Assembly (NCBI GenBank): GCA_017654855.1
Contig: CM030337.1
Location: 2,480,001 to 2,544,000 of the forward strand
Length of the DNA stretch: 64,000 nucleotides
From: Podospora anserina
Taxonomy: Eukaryota
Reading direction: 5' to 3'
Shown here: positions 22,514 through 34,896 of the stretch, piece by piece
Layout: every line of letters begins with the position of its first letter
How positions within the stretch are numbered: the stretch's first letter is position 1
The notes under the pieces: model-generated
Told to the model about the DNA's origin: nothing
Seen by the model: only the letters and a program-made list of their open reading frames with translations
Database searches by the model: none
Position numbers and translations under genes: made by a program

Positions 22514-24461
22514 TTCTTTTTTGGGGTGTTGAATCGAATATTTTGTATCACCACATGGACGGCATTACCGGTGACTTTGGGGGTTACATGAACATTTTGA
22601 GTCTGATTTGGACACCAGTTGTCAAGTTGAGCACTTATTTCTAGAAAGAATTTCCATTTATGATACTGTGCAAGCTGAAAAAAGAGAAGAAAAGCTGTGA
22701 GAATACCTAGAAAACAGACACAAAGGAAGTTAGATGAGAGGTAGTGTGAAATGCCCAGTTCATAAATCCAAAAGCCCCTTGTCAGGCCTTCAAAATCGGC
22801 GCTTGACCATGGCTTTCAAGATCAAGCCCTGACAAGTATCTTGCCGGTTACCTAAGTCCAGTGGTTACAGTGCCTCTCTCCGAGACCATTCACCAAAATA
22901 TTGTTTTTTTTTTCGCATAAGCGATGATTTCTCTCTCCGCCGACTTGGTGCTTCATCCTAGTCCATCATCCTAGTCCATCATCCGGAAGATCTCCCGGAC
23001 ACGCTTCTCTAGCGTGTCTTCACCCTCTTGGCGTCCGGAAAAAGATCACCCATTCGTGGCTTCTTCAGCCGAGCTTGGTTGGCTAGCCACCAAGGCCCAT
23101 GACGGAGAGCGAATAGCGTATCGCTCAAGCCAAATGGTGGGTGGACGGTACCTATGGAGCATGTCAAAGGACTGGGACTGCGGGGCGCTAGACTGGTTGA
23201 AAGCGGTGTTGTGAGGCCGAGTCAAGAGAGGCCCCGACCACGCCTACATGATACATCTACCGGAACACGGTTTTAGTCGTGTATCGTCCACCGCGGCCAA
23301 CGGGAAACATGAACACGGGGGTTTGTAGAAGCGATGGAAGTCGACTTCTTGGAGCCAGGGTTGCAAGCACCTGACGTGTTGGTTGAGGAAGGAAAGCCCC
23401 CAAGGTATCTCGAGAATGGCTAAATAGGTAGGTAGAATACATCACAGGAAGGCATCGACATAGCCTAGAGGCGGAGAAAGCAGTGTCATGTGAAGGTTCA
23501 AGTCTCTATTGACCTCTATCATGGCCTTTGCTTCTTCGCCGCTGATCATGAAGAGCGGTGGTGCCCGGTCGTGGCTTTATTACAGGAGGGTGAATAGCAA
23601 ACATGACGGGTAAAGACAAGGTTTGTTTGGCCACCCCAGCGCATGCTGATTCGCCGGCTATTATTCCAAACTTGAGTACTTAAGGTAGGCTATGAAAAGG
23701 GTACTAGGTTGAGAAGATGGTGAGATTGAAGTAATTGGAGAATAATCGTTAAAAGCAAGTATATATGAAAGATTGGCAAAGCAGTGGGCTGTTGCTGTGA
23801 GCAGCACAACTCTGTGCTTCAATAGCCGATGAGCACCTCAGGGGTTTGTTTACATGCCCCTGTTTTCCTCGACTGCACGCCGTATTCAGGGGCTGAGCTG
23901 ATATCTTGGCTTGTACAACACGGTCTAGAATAGGCGTGTCTCCGTGGAAATCATCTACTGAATATTCATCTTGCTCGAAGAATTTCCATTTGTGCAAAAA
24001 AAAAAAAAAAAAAAAAGCCATTTTTGTGAACAAGCACACGAGAGGATCACAGCAACAAAAGCAATCGGCAACGCTAATATCCCCAGCGTCGGCCCGAGCA
24101 GCCACCAAGCCGAAGCATCCGCACCGAAAGAGGGGCAACCGTCTCCACTACGAAGGGAGGATCATCCGATGCAAAGAACCAAGAACCCGAAACTGGCTCT
24201 CTATTTATGAGAAGGGGTTACATTGAATGGCGAATGAAGTTAAACGTAGTAGTAGATTAAAATAAGGAGACGCATGTTAAATACTCCTCAGCAAACCCCC
24301 TGACGAGTGAGTCAACATCGTGACATGGTTGTAGTCCATCACCACCAGACATAAAGCCAGCACCTTTGACTCCATCGATCTGAACTTGAGTAAATCCCTT
24401 ATACACATCCCCGCCCACCCATCGTCAACAAAAACAAACAAAAAAGAAAAACAAAACAAAA

Positions 24462-26086
24462 ATGCAAACCTCCTCCCAAGACATCGCCGCCACGGCCACC
24501 GAGTTCGGCATCTCCACCAGAGGCGCCTACAACCAGCTGTACATGCGCGGATGGAGCTTTTTCGAACAATGTCTAGCAACACCGTGGTCACCCGCGACTC
24601 CCGATGGGGTGTAAGTCACATAAACACACACACACACACACCACACACACACATACACATACACACACCTACACACCCAGCCTCAAGACTCACACCACTG
24701 ACACCATACCCACACACACACAAGAATCAACCTAGGCGTGGCAGAAAACTCCCTCATGCACAACCAAATCGTCAAATTCATCAAGCAAAACACTCAAGTC
24801 GACCCAATCAGCCAACTCACCTACGGCAACGGCCCCCGAGGCTCCCCCCGTCTCCAGCGTGCCCTAGCCAGCTTTCTGAACAGAAAGTTCTCACCCCTTG
24901 AGCCGGCAAAGAGTGATGACATCATCGTCATGGCCGGCGTGACGCCCGTGATAGATGCTCTGACATGGGCGCTGTGCAACGAGGGGGAGGGAATCATCAT
25001 CCCCCAGCCGTACTACACTGCTTTCGCGACCGACATTCCCGGTAGAGCAAGAGGGGTGATAATCCCGGCCACATTTCAAGATATCGAGGGATACAAAGGG
25101 TTTGACGATGTTTTTGACGCGGAGATGAACGTCCAGGCTCTGGAGACGGCCCTCAGCAATGCTGAGAGCAAGGGCGTCAAGGCGAAGGGGCTTATGCTGG
25201 TCAAGTGAGCACCTCTGGCTTTGGGTTGGGGTGTAGGTACTGACTGTTGACACAGCCCGCACAACCCGCTCGGGAGATGTTATCCTCCAGAGACGATCAG
25301 GGCCATCGCTGGTTTTTGTCAAGCTCATAACCTCCACCTCATCAGCGATGAGATTTACGCTCAGTCTATTTACAACAACCCAGACGCCACAGACGTAGTG
25401 CCGTTTACATCTGCCCTCGCGCTGGATCTCCCTATTGACACTCAAAAACTCCACGTTGCGTACGGCGCAAGCAAAGACTTTTGCGCCAACGGTCTCAGAT
25501 TAGGGATGCTGCACACCCGGAACAGGGGACTGATGGGCGCGATGGCGAGCAATGCCATGCTTGGCTGGCCGCCGTACTTGGTGCAGGACATTTGGGCCGC
25601 CATGCTGGAGGACACCGATTACACTGACGAGTTCCTGGGGAAGAACCGGGAGCTGCTGGGGGAGTCATACAAGGTTGTGACTGATTTTTTGAAGGAGCAA
25701 GGGGTGGGATATTATGGGAATTCGTAAGTCACCACGGATGAGCTAGTGAGGAGAAATGCTGACGATGGGATGGGGAAAGAAACGCGGGTATGTTTCTTTG
25801 GATAGATCTCAGACGGCACTTGGTTGGGAAGAAGGAGGGTGGACAACCGCCTGAGTTGAGGGTTGGGAAATTGAGCCCGGGGGATTTGGAGAGGTATCTG
25901 GAGAGGGAACAGCATATTTGGAAGGTTTTGGGTGAGAATAAGATCCTGTTGGCTACGGGCAGTGTGTTTGCGAGTGAGGAGCTGGGGTGGTTTAGGATGA
26001 CGTTTAGTGCGTCGAGGCCGGCGTTGGAGGTTGGGTTGGAGAGGTTGAAGAGGGTGTTTGATGCGCTGAAGAGAAGTCAACTGTAA
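24462..26086 (+). CDS. PLP-dependent class I/II aminotransferase, ACC-synthase-like; introns 24611-24724, 25205-25255, 25724-25779
   Basis: INLGVAEN, PQPYY, NPHNPLG, ISDEIY, PLP-lysine motif YGASKDFCANGLRLG, GWFRMTF. Confidence 0.9.
24624..24722. repeat. (CA)n-rich simple repeat inside aminotransferase intron 1
   Basis: Directly visible ACACAC tracts. Confidence 0.85.
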
Positions 26087-26368
26087 ATACAGCGGAGGGT
26101 TGGCTGGGTTGGGTCGCGTGTTGCGACGCGCCGCCGCGGGGTCAAATGCAATTAAGGGAAATAAGCGGGAACAAAAGTGGTTGAGCTTAATCTTATCTCC
26201 GACAATTGATTGCATCACCAATCCAACTGATCGTTCGTTCGTCCTCCACTTCAAGCAGAGCCGCAAAGCTCTGCAACAGCCCTCCCTATACTGCCGCTTC
26301 TTTCCGTCTTCTTCTCTTGTTGTTTGCGAGCGATATTGATACCCAGATCCGAGATTGTTTCCGTCATA

Positions 26369-29300
26369 ATGGCCTACATCGCCCCAATCCACCGGCCAAG
26401 CAGCGTCGACCATGCCCTGCTCGCCAATGTCTATTCAGAAGAGGAGCAGAGCTTGGTTCTCTCGTGAGGATCACCCCCTTCTTTCGTTCTGTATACTACC
26501 AAACCGAGTTTACTAACAGACATCGGAATGCAGACGAACAAACCGAGTAGAAGTCTGGCGCCCCTCCCCCGACGGCCTCCTCTCCCAAGCCCACACCACC
26601 AACGTCAACGGCACCATCGCCATGCTCCAAAAACTCCGACCAAAAGACGCCGAAACAGACCTCTTATTTGTCGGAACCGACCGCTTCGAGTACTTCACCC
26701 TCTACTGGAACCCGGAAACGTCCCAAATGGAAACCACGAATGCGACCCGCGACCCCGGAGAGCACTTTATGCGCAACTCGCAGTCCCTCGACAGAGCGAT
26801 TGTCGACCCGTCAGGACGGTTCATCGCCATGCACCTATGGGAAGGCGTCATGACGATCGCCCGCCTCGGCACCCGCAAGACAAACGCGGCGCAGCTGGAC
26901 TGGATGGGACAGATCAGGCTGGCGGAACTGTTTATCAAGGCCTCGACTTTTTTGCATAACGAGACGGGACACCCGACGGTTGCTTTTCTATACCAGACTA
27001 GCGCTAATGCGCAGGATTCGAAGCTGGCGACGTACCGGCTTACGTCTGACGACAGGAACACGGTGGCCAGCGAGTTCAACGCGCAGAAACACAGGATCAT
27101 TGATATCACGATTGCGGATGCGGGGGCGAATATGTTGATTCCCGTGAGGAAGGTGGAGGAGGAAGTGAAGAGGCACAACTTTCGCAATACGGGATCGGCT
27201 AAGCCGCATCTTGGGGGGGTTATTGTGGTGGGGGAGACGAGACTGCTCTATATTGACGACGTGACAAAGGCGACGGTGGAATCGAAGCTTGACAAGGCGA
27301 GCATTTTTGTCAAGTGGGCCGAGTACAATGTTCAGACGTATTTCCTTGCGGATGACTACGGCTCGTTGCACTTGTTGACGATCAACACGGACGGGGCGGA
27401 GGTGAAGGGGATGGTCTTGACCAAGATTGGGGTCACGAGCAGGGCGAGCGAGCTGGTTTATCTGGGGAATGAGATGCTGTTTGTGGCGAGTCACCATGGG
27501 GATTCGCGGCTGTTTCAGCTTGACTTGAGCGCGGATAAGCCGGCGGACAAACCTTTCCTGACGCTGATCCAGACGATATCGAATATTGGGCCGATTATGG
27601 ACTTTGCGGTGATGGACATGGGGAATAGAGGGGGGGAGGATAGCCAGTTGGGGAATGAGTACTCTTCGGGGCAGGCGAGGATTGTTTGTGGGAGCGGGGT
27701 TTACAAGGATGGGTCGTTGAGGAGTGTGAGGAGCGGCGTTGGGCTGGAGGATGTGGGGTTGTTGTTGGAGGATCTTGGGCAGCATGTGAGGGGGGTGTTC
27801 TCGCTGAGGGGGGCGGTTGGGGAGGGGAAGATGGATACGCTTGCTGTGAGCTTTTTGACCGAGACGAGGGTTTTCAAGTTTGACTCTGAGGGTGGGGTGG
27901 AAGAGGTGGGGGACTTTATGGGTTTTGGGTTGGATTGCCAGACGTTGTTGGCGAGGAATCTTGGGGGTGGGATGATTTTGCAGGTTACGACGAGGGGGGT
28001 TGTATTGATCGATGCTGAGAGTGGGGTTACGGTGGCGACGTGGGTGCCTCGGGATGAGAACACCATCATCAATGCTTCTGCGAACGGGGAGTGGCTGTTG
28101 TTGTCGGTGGAAGGGACGGGGCTGGTGTCGATCAGTACTGCTGGGAACGAGCTGCGGTTGGTGAAGGAGAAGGATATTAGCCAGCAGGATCAGGTTGCTT
28201 GCATACATGTTGCGCCGCAGTTACAAGGGATCGGTGTGGTTGGGTTTTGGACGTCAGGGACGGTGTCGATTATTGACTTGAACACACTTGAGCCAATGCA
28301 TGGGGAGTCACTACGGCAGAGCCAGGACGACGCGTCGATACCTCGGGAGGTGGTGCTTGTTCAGGTGGCTTCGCCTAAGGTGTCGGGGCCAACGCTCTTC
28401 ATCGCCATGGAGGATGGCCATGTTGTCACGTTCAACATCTCGGCCGATTTTGAGTTTTCGGGGAAGAAACAGGTTATCCTGGGTACACGGCAAGCCAGGC
28501 TTCACCTCCTCCCGCAAGACAACGACAGCATCTACAGCATCCTGGCCACGACGGAGCACCCAAGCTTGATCTACGGCGAAGAGAACAGGATAGTATACTC
28601 GGCTGTCACCGCAGAGGAGGCCATGTTCATTTGTCCTTTTGATACAGAGGCATTCCCCGATTCGATCATTGTGGCGACGGACACACAGATCAAGATCTCC
28701 AAGATCGACCGCACGAGACGAACACACGTTCGCGAGTTGCCCATGGGCGAGATGGTTCGTAGGATCGCCTACTCGCCAAAGGAAAAGGTGTTTGGTCTGG
28801 GTTGTATCAAGCGGTCGTTGGTGGACGGGGATGAGGTTGTCCAGAGCTCGTTTAGGCTGGTGGATGAGGTTATTTTCCAGCCTGTCGGTAAGACTTTTCA
28901 ACTTGAGAGGACAAATTACGTGGAGCTGGTTGAGGCGGTTGTCAGGGCTGAGCTTCCAGACTCGTATGGGAATCCTGCCGAACGGTTTATTGTCGGGACG
29001 AGCTTCTTGCCTGACCCGGATTATGCCATGACTGGTGAACACCGAGGGAGGATTTTGGTGTTTGGTATTGATGATAACAAGGACCCCTACTTAATCCTGA
29101 GCCACCTTACCAAGGGTGTGTGCAGGTGTCTGGAAGTCTTGGACGGGAATAAGATTGTGGCTGGGCTGGCCAAGACGGTGGCGATTGCGAGATATGACGA
29201 GACTTCTACGACGACGGCGACGTTAACGAGGCTGGCTTCGTACAAGCCGTCGACGCATCCGATTCAGATTGCGGCGCAGGGAAATATCATCGGGGTGGCG

Positions 29301-29968
29301 GACGTGATGAAGAGTATGACGCTGGTTGAGTACATGCCTGGTGACAAGGATAGGCTGGTGGAGGTGGCCAGGCATTGGCAGTCGGCTGCGGGCACGGCGC
29401 TGTGTCATGTTGATGGGGATGACTGGCTGGAGGCGGATGATCAGGGGAACCTGATGATGTTGAGGAGGAATGCGGATGCGGTGGTGATGGAGGATAGGAA
29501 GATTATGAGCGTGACGGCGGAGATGAATTTGGGGGAGATGGTGAACAGGATCAGGGCGGTGAGGGTTGAGACGAGTAGGGGGGCGATGGTGGTGCCGAGG
29601 GCGTTTTTGGGGACGGTAAGTCGCTCGGTGGTGTCCAATATTAAGACGGTTATGCTAACAAGAGACAGGTCAATGGCGGTATATACATGTTCGGCACCGT
29701 TGCGCCCGAGGCTCAGGACTTGCTATTACGATTCCAGGAAAAGCTGGCGAGAGTTGTACACACGGCGGGGGAGATCGAGTTCAACTGCTACAGGGCGTTT
29801 AGAAATGCAGAAAGGGAGGGGAGCGAGCCGGTTAGATTCTTAGACGGGGAGCTATTAGAGCGGTTTCTAGACCAGGACGAGGCAACGCAGAGGGAGATTT
29901 GTGAGGGTTTGGGGCCGAGTTTAGAGCACATGAGGAATGTTGTGGAGGAGTTGAGGCGGATGCACTGA
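26369..29968 (+). CDS. ddb1: DNA damage-binding protein 1 (CUL4 adaptor; Neurospora DIM-8 orthologue); introns 26464-26533, 29616-29668
   Basis: N-terminal MAYIAPIHRPSSV, SNIGPIMDF, CGSGVYKDGSLRSVRSGVG, NLGEMVNRI, C-terminal RFLDGELLERFLD...VEELRRMH. Confidence 0.95.
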
Positions 29969-30400
29969 GAGATATCCCGTAAAATGTACATGAATTGATC
30001 TGCTGTCGATGTTGATAATGACCTCTTCTTCAGTGAGACTATTCATGGGAATGAGTGATGTCAGCAAGCATGAGTGTTCTGTGGATAGTGTAGTGTAAAG
30101 CGGGCTTGGCATGTCACGGGAAGAATCGGAGTCCTCGGGCTCTGTCCAATCACCAGCCAGGCAATTGCAAATTAGCTGCCTCAGGCACGCCACCTTTGCC
30201 AGACGTTTGACATTTGGTGCACAGGCCAAGTTCACAACTGGTCGGGAAATGTGGGAACAGCTCGGCCCAGAGAAAGCGAAAGTGAGACTAACCAAAAAAC
30301 CTCAGTCCACGGACGCCGACGTCGACTTTGTGTGTCTCTCTCTCCTCTCTCCCCTCTACCTACCACCACCGCTCTTTTTTTTAAAGAAGCAGAAGCAACA

Positions 30401-31335
30401 ATGGCGCCCCTCTCGACCGTGACGCGCGCCCTCGCCCGTCCCTCCGTCCTGCGTGTTGCCGCCCGCACCATCTCGACGACCCCGGCCGTCCGCGGCGACT
30501 CTTCCTACTCTAGCCCTTTCAAGGGCGAGAGCAACAGCACCAAGGTGCCGGATTTCTCAAAGTACCTGTCGGACAAGAAGCCGAGCTCGAATGCGCTGAT
30601 TAGCTATTTCATGGTGGGCACGTTGGGTGCGATCACCGCGGGGGGGGCGAAGAGTACCATTCAGGGTAGGTGATTTTGGGGTTAGGAAGGGGGAAGGGAT
30701 GGAGGGGAGTCAATTGGAGGGATATGGGGTTGGTTAAGAAGGGGGAGGCTAACAGTGTGGTTGCTATACAGAGTTCCTCGTCAACATGTCCGCCTCTGCT
30801 GACGTCTTGGCTTTGGCCAAGGTTGAGGTTGATTTGAATGCCATTCCCGAGGGCAAGAACGTAAGGATTCTTTCTCTCTGGAGAATAGTTGAGAAGGGAT
30901 AGGAAGGTTGGCTGACGGAGACAACAAAAAATAACAGGTCATCGTCAAGTGGAGAGGCAAGCCCGTCTTCATCCGCCACCGCACAGCCGCCGAGATTGAG
31001 GAGGCCAACAACATCAACGTTGCGTCGCTAAGAGACCCCGAGGCCGATAGTGATCGTGTTCAGAAGCCTGAGTGGCTTGTCATGTTGGGTATGTCAAGAC
31101 ACAACAAATAGGGGGGGGAGGGTGATGGATGATACTGACAGCAACACAACTAGGTGTCTGCACACACTTGGGCTGCGTCCCCATCGGCGAGGCCGGTGAG
31201 TACGGCGGCTGGTTCTGCCCCTGCCACGGCTCCCACTACGACATTTCGGGCCGCATCAGAAAGGGCCCTGCCCCTCTGAACCTCGAGATTCCCGCGTACG
31301 AGTTCCCCGAGGACGACAAGCTGGTTATTGGTTAA
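30401..31335 (+). CDS. rip1: Ubiquinol-cytochrome c reductase Rieske iron-sulfur subunit; introns 30666-30771, 30861-30937, 31089-31153
   Basis: Mitochondrial presequence, [29 protein letters not shown] and CPCHGSHYD Fe-S motifs. Confidence 0.97.
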
Positions 31336-32117
31336 ACGCTTGCTACTTTGCTGCGGTTTTGTTGCGGAGAAAATAAAAAGCGAGCGAATCGATAGAAAGA
31401 GAGAGAGAGAGAGAGAGAAAGAGAGAACCTAAAATGCAAAAACTTGTATATTCTTGTCCACCACCAATGCGCAGGTTTTCTAGAGGGGTTAGGGGGTTGG
31501 GGTAGCTGGGAGGAGCTGACGTTGAAATTGTTGTATTAGTACCATGAGAAGGGGAGGCGGTGGTTTGAGCAATATTGATAGACGTGTCAAACAGACAGAT
31601 GAGAGAGGGTAGAAATGGATATACTGGAGACTCAAGCACGCAGGGAATTTTGAAGTTACCTGTTGTCCTTGCCAATGCTAGTGAGTGTTTCTTTGGCTCA
31701 ACATATGGCTCAACTTTGCTGTTCATGGCTGGCGAGGACTGAAAATTGTCTTGTATGTTGAGACAAAGCACCCACGCCGCTTTGTTCCAGCCTAATCAAG
31801 TCGACAACATGAGTTTTGGTGGCAGGGTTCCGGAAACGTGCCTCTTGATGAAAGAAGCGGTTCAGAGTTAGTTGGCTGTTGACTATTACGAGAGTGGTGT
31901 TGTTAAAGTATCCTCTCCAGCCTTTCCCGGTGATGATGGTTAACCCCCCTTTTAATACGGGAGTTTATAGGACTGGGACGCAAGTGAAACTCTCTGCTCA
32001 AAGTGAACCTCTAGGGGTTCTCGTCAACAAATACGTTGTCTGCTCTTTTCTTATTGTGGTAGCCCTCCCGGTGGGATACGCCAGCAAATACCCCTTTTTA
32101 TAGGTACATCCATCAAC

Positions 32118-33092
32118 ATGGCCTCCTCCTCCTCCCCTCGCCGCGCCCTCCTCAACCACGTCCACCAACTCCGCACCTACCTCTCCTTTTCCCCCGAGCA
32201 AAAAGCCCGCCGCCCCGTCCCATTTGTCCGCTGCGACATCTGCCGCTCCGAAACAGGCGAGATCATCACCCCCGCGACCCCCGGCTCGGCATTGACAACC
32301 TTCCCCCTCAGCCCGACGGACCGCGTCCGCGCTGGTCTTGTCTTGCCGTGCGGCCACATGTTCCACACCGAATGCTGGGACCCCTACCCAGCCACGTTCC
32401 GCGGCAAGGGCGCCATCACCTGCCCGCGCTGCCGCCTCCGGCTCAACTTCTCGGGGATGGAACGCAATAGATGTGCTGATCTCCCCTGGCGGTACCACAT
32501 GCCCGAACCGGACAACCCCAGCTGGAAGTGGGAGATTGAGAAAATCCCAAAGACGGCGCAGGAGTATATCCTCGAGGGGAGGGAGGCCGAGTTTGAGTTG
32601 GGGGCCATGTGCAACGTTGACAGGTTGATCGGGGCGAGTTTGCTGGGGGAGAATATCGAGGTGGAGAGGGACTTGGTCGAGGGGAGGGGGCAGAGGGTTG
32701 AGTTGAGCAAGTTGGTGGACAAGGTGAGGGCGGATGGGTGGTTTTTTGAGGAGGAGATTGATCTTGCTTTTCCGGGGTGGTTGCCGAGGATGGAGGTGGG
32801 GGATATACGGCGGGAGCCGCCGAGGGGGGAGGAGGAGGATTGGGTGGAGGGGCGGTTGAAGAGGTTGATGAGGAGGGAGGGGTACACTTGGAGGGGGGAG
32901 CCGCCGACGGGGAGCAGGAGAAGGGGCCGTAATTTGTGGAATATTGGTGGGGATTATGATGAGGATGATGAGGATGATGAGGATGATGATGAGGATGATG
33001 AGGATGATGATGAGGATGATGAGGATGATGATGATGAGGAGGAGGAGGAGGAGGAGGAGGAGGATAGTGAGATGGATGATGAGGATGAGTAG
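32118..33092 (+). CDS. RING-H2 finger protein with long D/E-repeat C-terminal tail
   Basis: CDIC...CGHMFHTEC...CPRC (C3H2C3); CAAC-ATG-G context; GAT/GAG triplet repeat 32953-33089. Confidence 0.75.
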   Translation: MASSSSPRRALLNHVHQLRTYLSFSPEQKARRPVPFVRCDICRSETGEIITPATPGSALTTFPLSPTDRVRAGLVLPCGHMFHTECWDPYPATFRGKGAITCPRCRLRLNFSGMERNRCADLPWRYHMPEPDNPSWKWEIEKIPKTAQEYILEGREAEFELGAMCNVDRLIGASLLGENIEVERDLVEGRGQRVELSKLVDKVRADGWFFEEEIDLAFPGWLPRMEVGDIRREPPRGEEEDWVEGRLKRLMRREGYTWRGEPPTGSRRRGRNLWNIGGDYDEDDEDDEDDDEDDEDDDEDDEDDDDEEEEEEEEEDSEMDDEDE

Positions 33093-33486
33093 TGAGGGAG
33101 GGAGGGAAGGGAGGTTGGTGTTTTGATCTAGAACCAAGAGATGTCTTGTGTGTCTGTTAACACACACTCTTCTGGCCCCTTTGATACCCCAAGTGCGGTA
33201 CTAATCCACATGAGATAAATGTAAGCCCCAGCTCCAAGACATTTCACACAAAAAGTCACACTTGCAAGATTCACACTTCACCAAAAAACACAGACAACAA
33301 AATAGTAACTATTCATTTCCGTCTCCATTTCCCTCCTGCTCCCTCTCAAAAAAATAATAATAAAAAGCCACGCCTCACAGCGTAAAGAATACCGGGTTAA
33401 AACTGTTTCCATGATTTACCCTTCATATTTCAAAAGTATACATCCTCCTCGCACTCCACCCCCTTCACAAACTATCCTACATCTCT

Positions 33487-34896
33487 TCACAACCCCAAAG
33501 CAGCATTAAACACGCTAGCAGCCTGAGCACCCTCAGCCTGACTAGCAGCCGCCGCGCCCTCCTCACAAGCCTCGATCGTCTCGGGGCTAGCCTTGCATGC
33601 ACTATCCAGCCTCTGGCAGACAAAGAACGAAATAATATCAATGTTGAGCGCAGACCCATGCGAGAAATCAGCCGCGTTCACAGGCTGGAAGCTCTCCTCC
33701 TGACGCCCGTCAAGCCCAGCAGCGAACTGAATAGCGGGGCTGCCGCAGCTCCCAAAGTCCAGGACATTCTGGCGGCGACCGACGACGGAACGGCGAGCCT
33801 TGCGACGACGAGCAGCAGCCAAGCAAGCGGCCTCCTGCTGGTCGCACTGCCCAGCACCACCCTGGATCTGACCAGAATTAGCAGCGTTGGCGCAGGCGTT
33901 CTTCTGAATGGCGCACGAGCGCTGGATGGCGGCGCCGGCTTGGAGGAAGGTGTTTCCGTTGACGGAGAAGGGGCGGTTGGAAGCAGGGTCGGAGATGACG
34001 GCGGGGGCAGGGCCGCCGAGGGCACCGGTGAAGGTCTGGACGTTCACAGTGCCGGTGGGGACCTCCTCAACGGGGGGTTCCTCGACGACTGGTGGCTCCT
34101 CATCTTCAACGACCGGCTCGCAGACCTCCTCCTCGTCAACGGGGGGCTCCTCGACAGCCGGGGGCTCCTCGACAGCAGGCCCGTCATCAACAACAGGCTC
34201 GCAGACCTCCTGATCGCCAACAGCGGCGAGGATGTCGGCCTCCGAAACAGCAGGCACCAAAAGGTTCTGGGAAATGATGCACCCGATCGCATCGTTCTCG
34301 TCGTTGCAGGTGTTACCAGCAGCAGTAGGGTCGCCAATCTCACCAGGGGCAAAGGTGCCGCTCTGCAGAGCAAGAAGCGGGTCAGCCCCGATGGAGAACA
34401 AAGCCTTGGCGACCTCGAGCTCGACCTCGGCGTTGTTGGCCGCTTCGGCAGAAGCAGGATCCTGGTGCTGGTTGATGTTGACGAGCTCGGCATTGACAGG
34501 AGTCTCGTTGCAGAGGGGGGAAGCCTCGCCGACGGTCAAGGTGTTACGCTCGAGGGCACGGAAGAGGATGGCGTTGATGGCCAAGTCGAGGTCGTTGGCG
34601 GCCTTGGCGTTGGTGAGAGCCTGGTCGGCGACGATCTGCTGGAGGCAGTCGAGGCGATCGGCCGAGATGTCACCGGCGCCGTTGGCGGCGGCGGCGTTGC
34701 CGAGGAGGGGGAACACGCAGTCGAGGATGTTGTTTGGGTTGTTGAGCTTGAGGGCGACGTTGCAGGCGCGGAGGACGGCCTCGTGCGAGTGTTCCTGGGG
34801 AACCTCGCGCTTGGTGGCTCGGAGGGAGTAAGTGGGCACATCGCGGGCCGAGGCGAGGCCAACGGCGATGGCCACAAGAGCAGTTCCGTACTTCAT
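33487..34896 (-). CDS. Secreted Cys-rich multi-module protein with dibasic (Kex2-type) sites
   Basis: Signal peptide MKYGTALVAIAVGLASA; KR|EVPQEHSHE; acidic EEPP linker; NVQTFTGALGG...QRSCAIQKNAC module; RRRKARR..GRR|..LDFGSC module; strong codon bias. Confidence 0.85.
   Translation of the reverse strand: MKYGTALVAIAVGLASARDVPTYSLRATKREVPQEHSHEAVLRACNVALKLNNPNNILDCVFPLLGNAAAANGAGDISADRLDCLQQIVADQALTNAKAANDLDLAINAILFRALERNTLTVGEASPLCNETPVNAELVNINQHQDPASAEAANNAEVELEVAKALFSIGADPLLALQSGTFAPGEIGDPTAAGNTCNDENDAIGCIISQNLLVPAVSEADILAAVGDQEVCEPVVDDGPAVEEPPAVEEPPVDEEEVCEPVVEDEEPPVVEEPPVEEVPTGTVNVQTFTGALGGPAPAVISDPASNRPFSVNGNTFLQAGAAIQRSCAIQKNACANAANSGQIQGGAGQCDQQEAACLAAARRRKARRSVVGRRQNVLDFGSCGSPAIQFAAGLDGRQEESFQPVNAADFSHGSALNIDIISFFVCQRLDSACKASPETIEACEEGAAAASQAEGAQAASVFNAALGL

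Noticed and set aside
26988-28208. 406-aa minus-strand P/H/Q/R-rich ORF
   Set aside because: Antisense to the G-rich part of DDB1; its composition is explained by the opposite strand.
31998-33167. 389-aa minus-strand ORF with poly-I/L hydrophobic run
   Set aside because: Reverse complement of the D/E triplet repeat of the RING gene.
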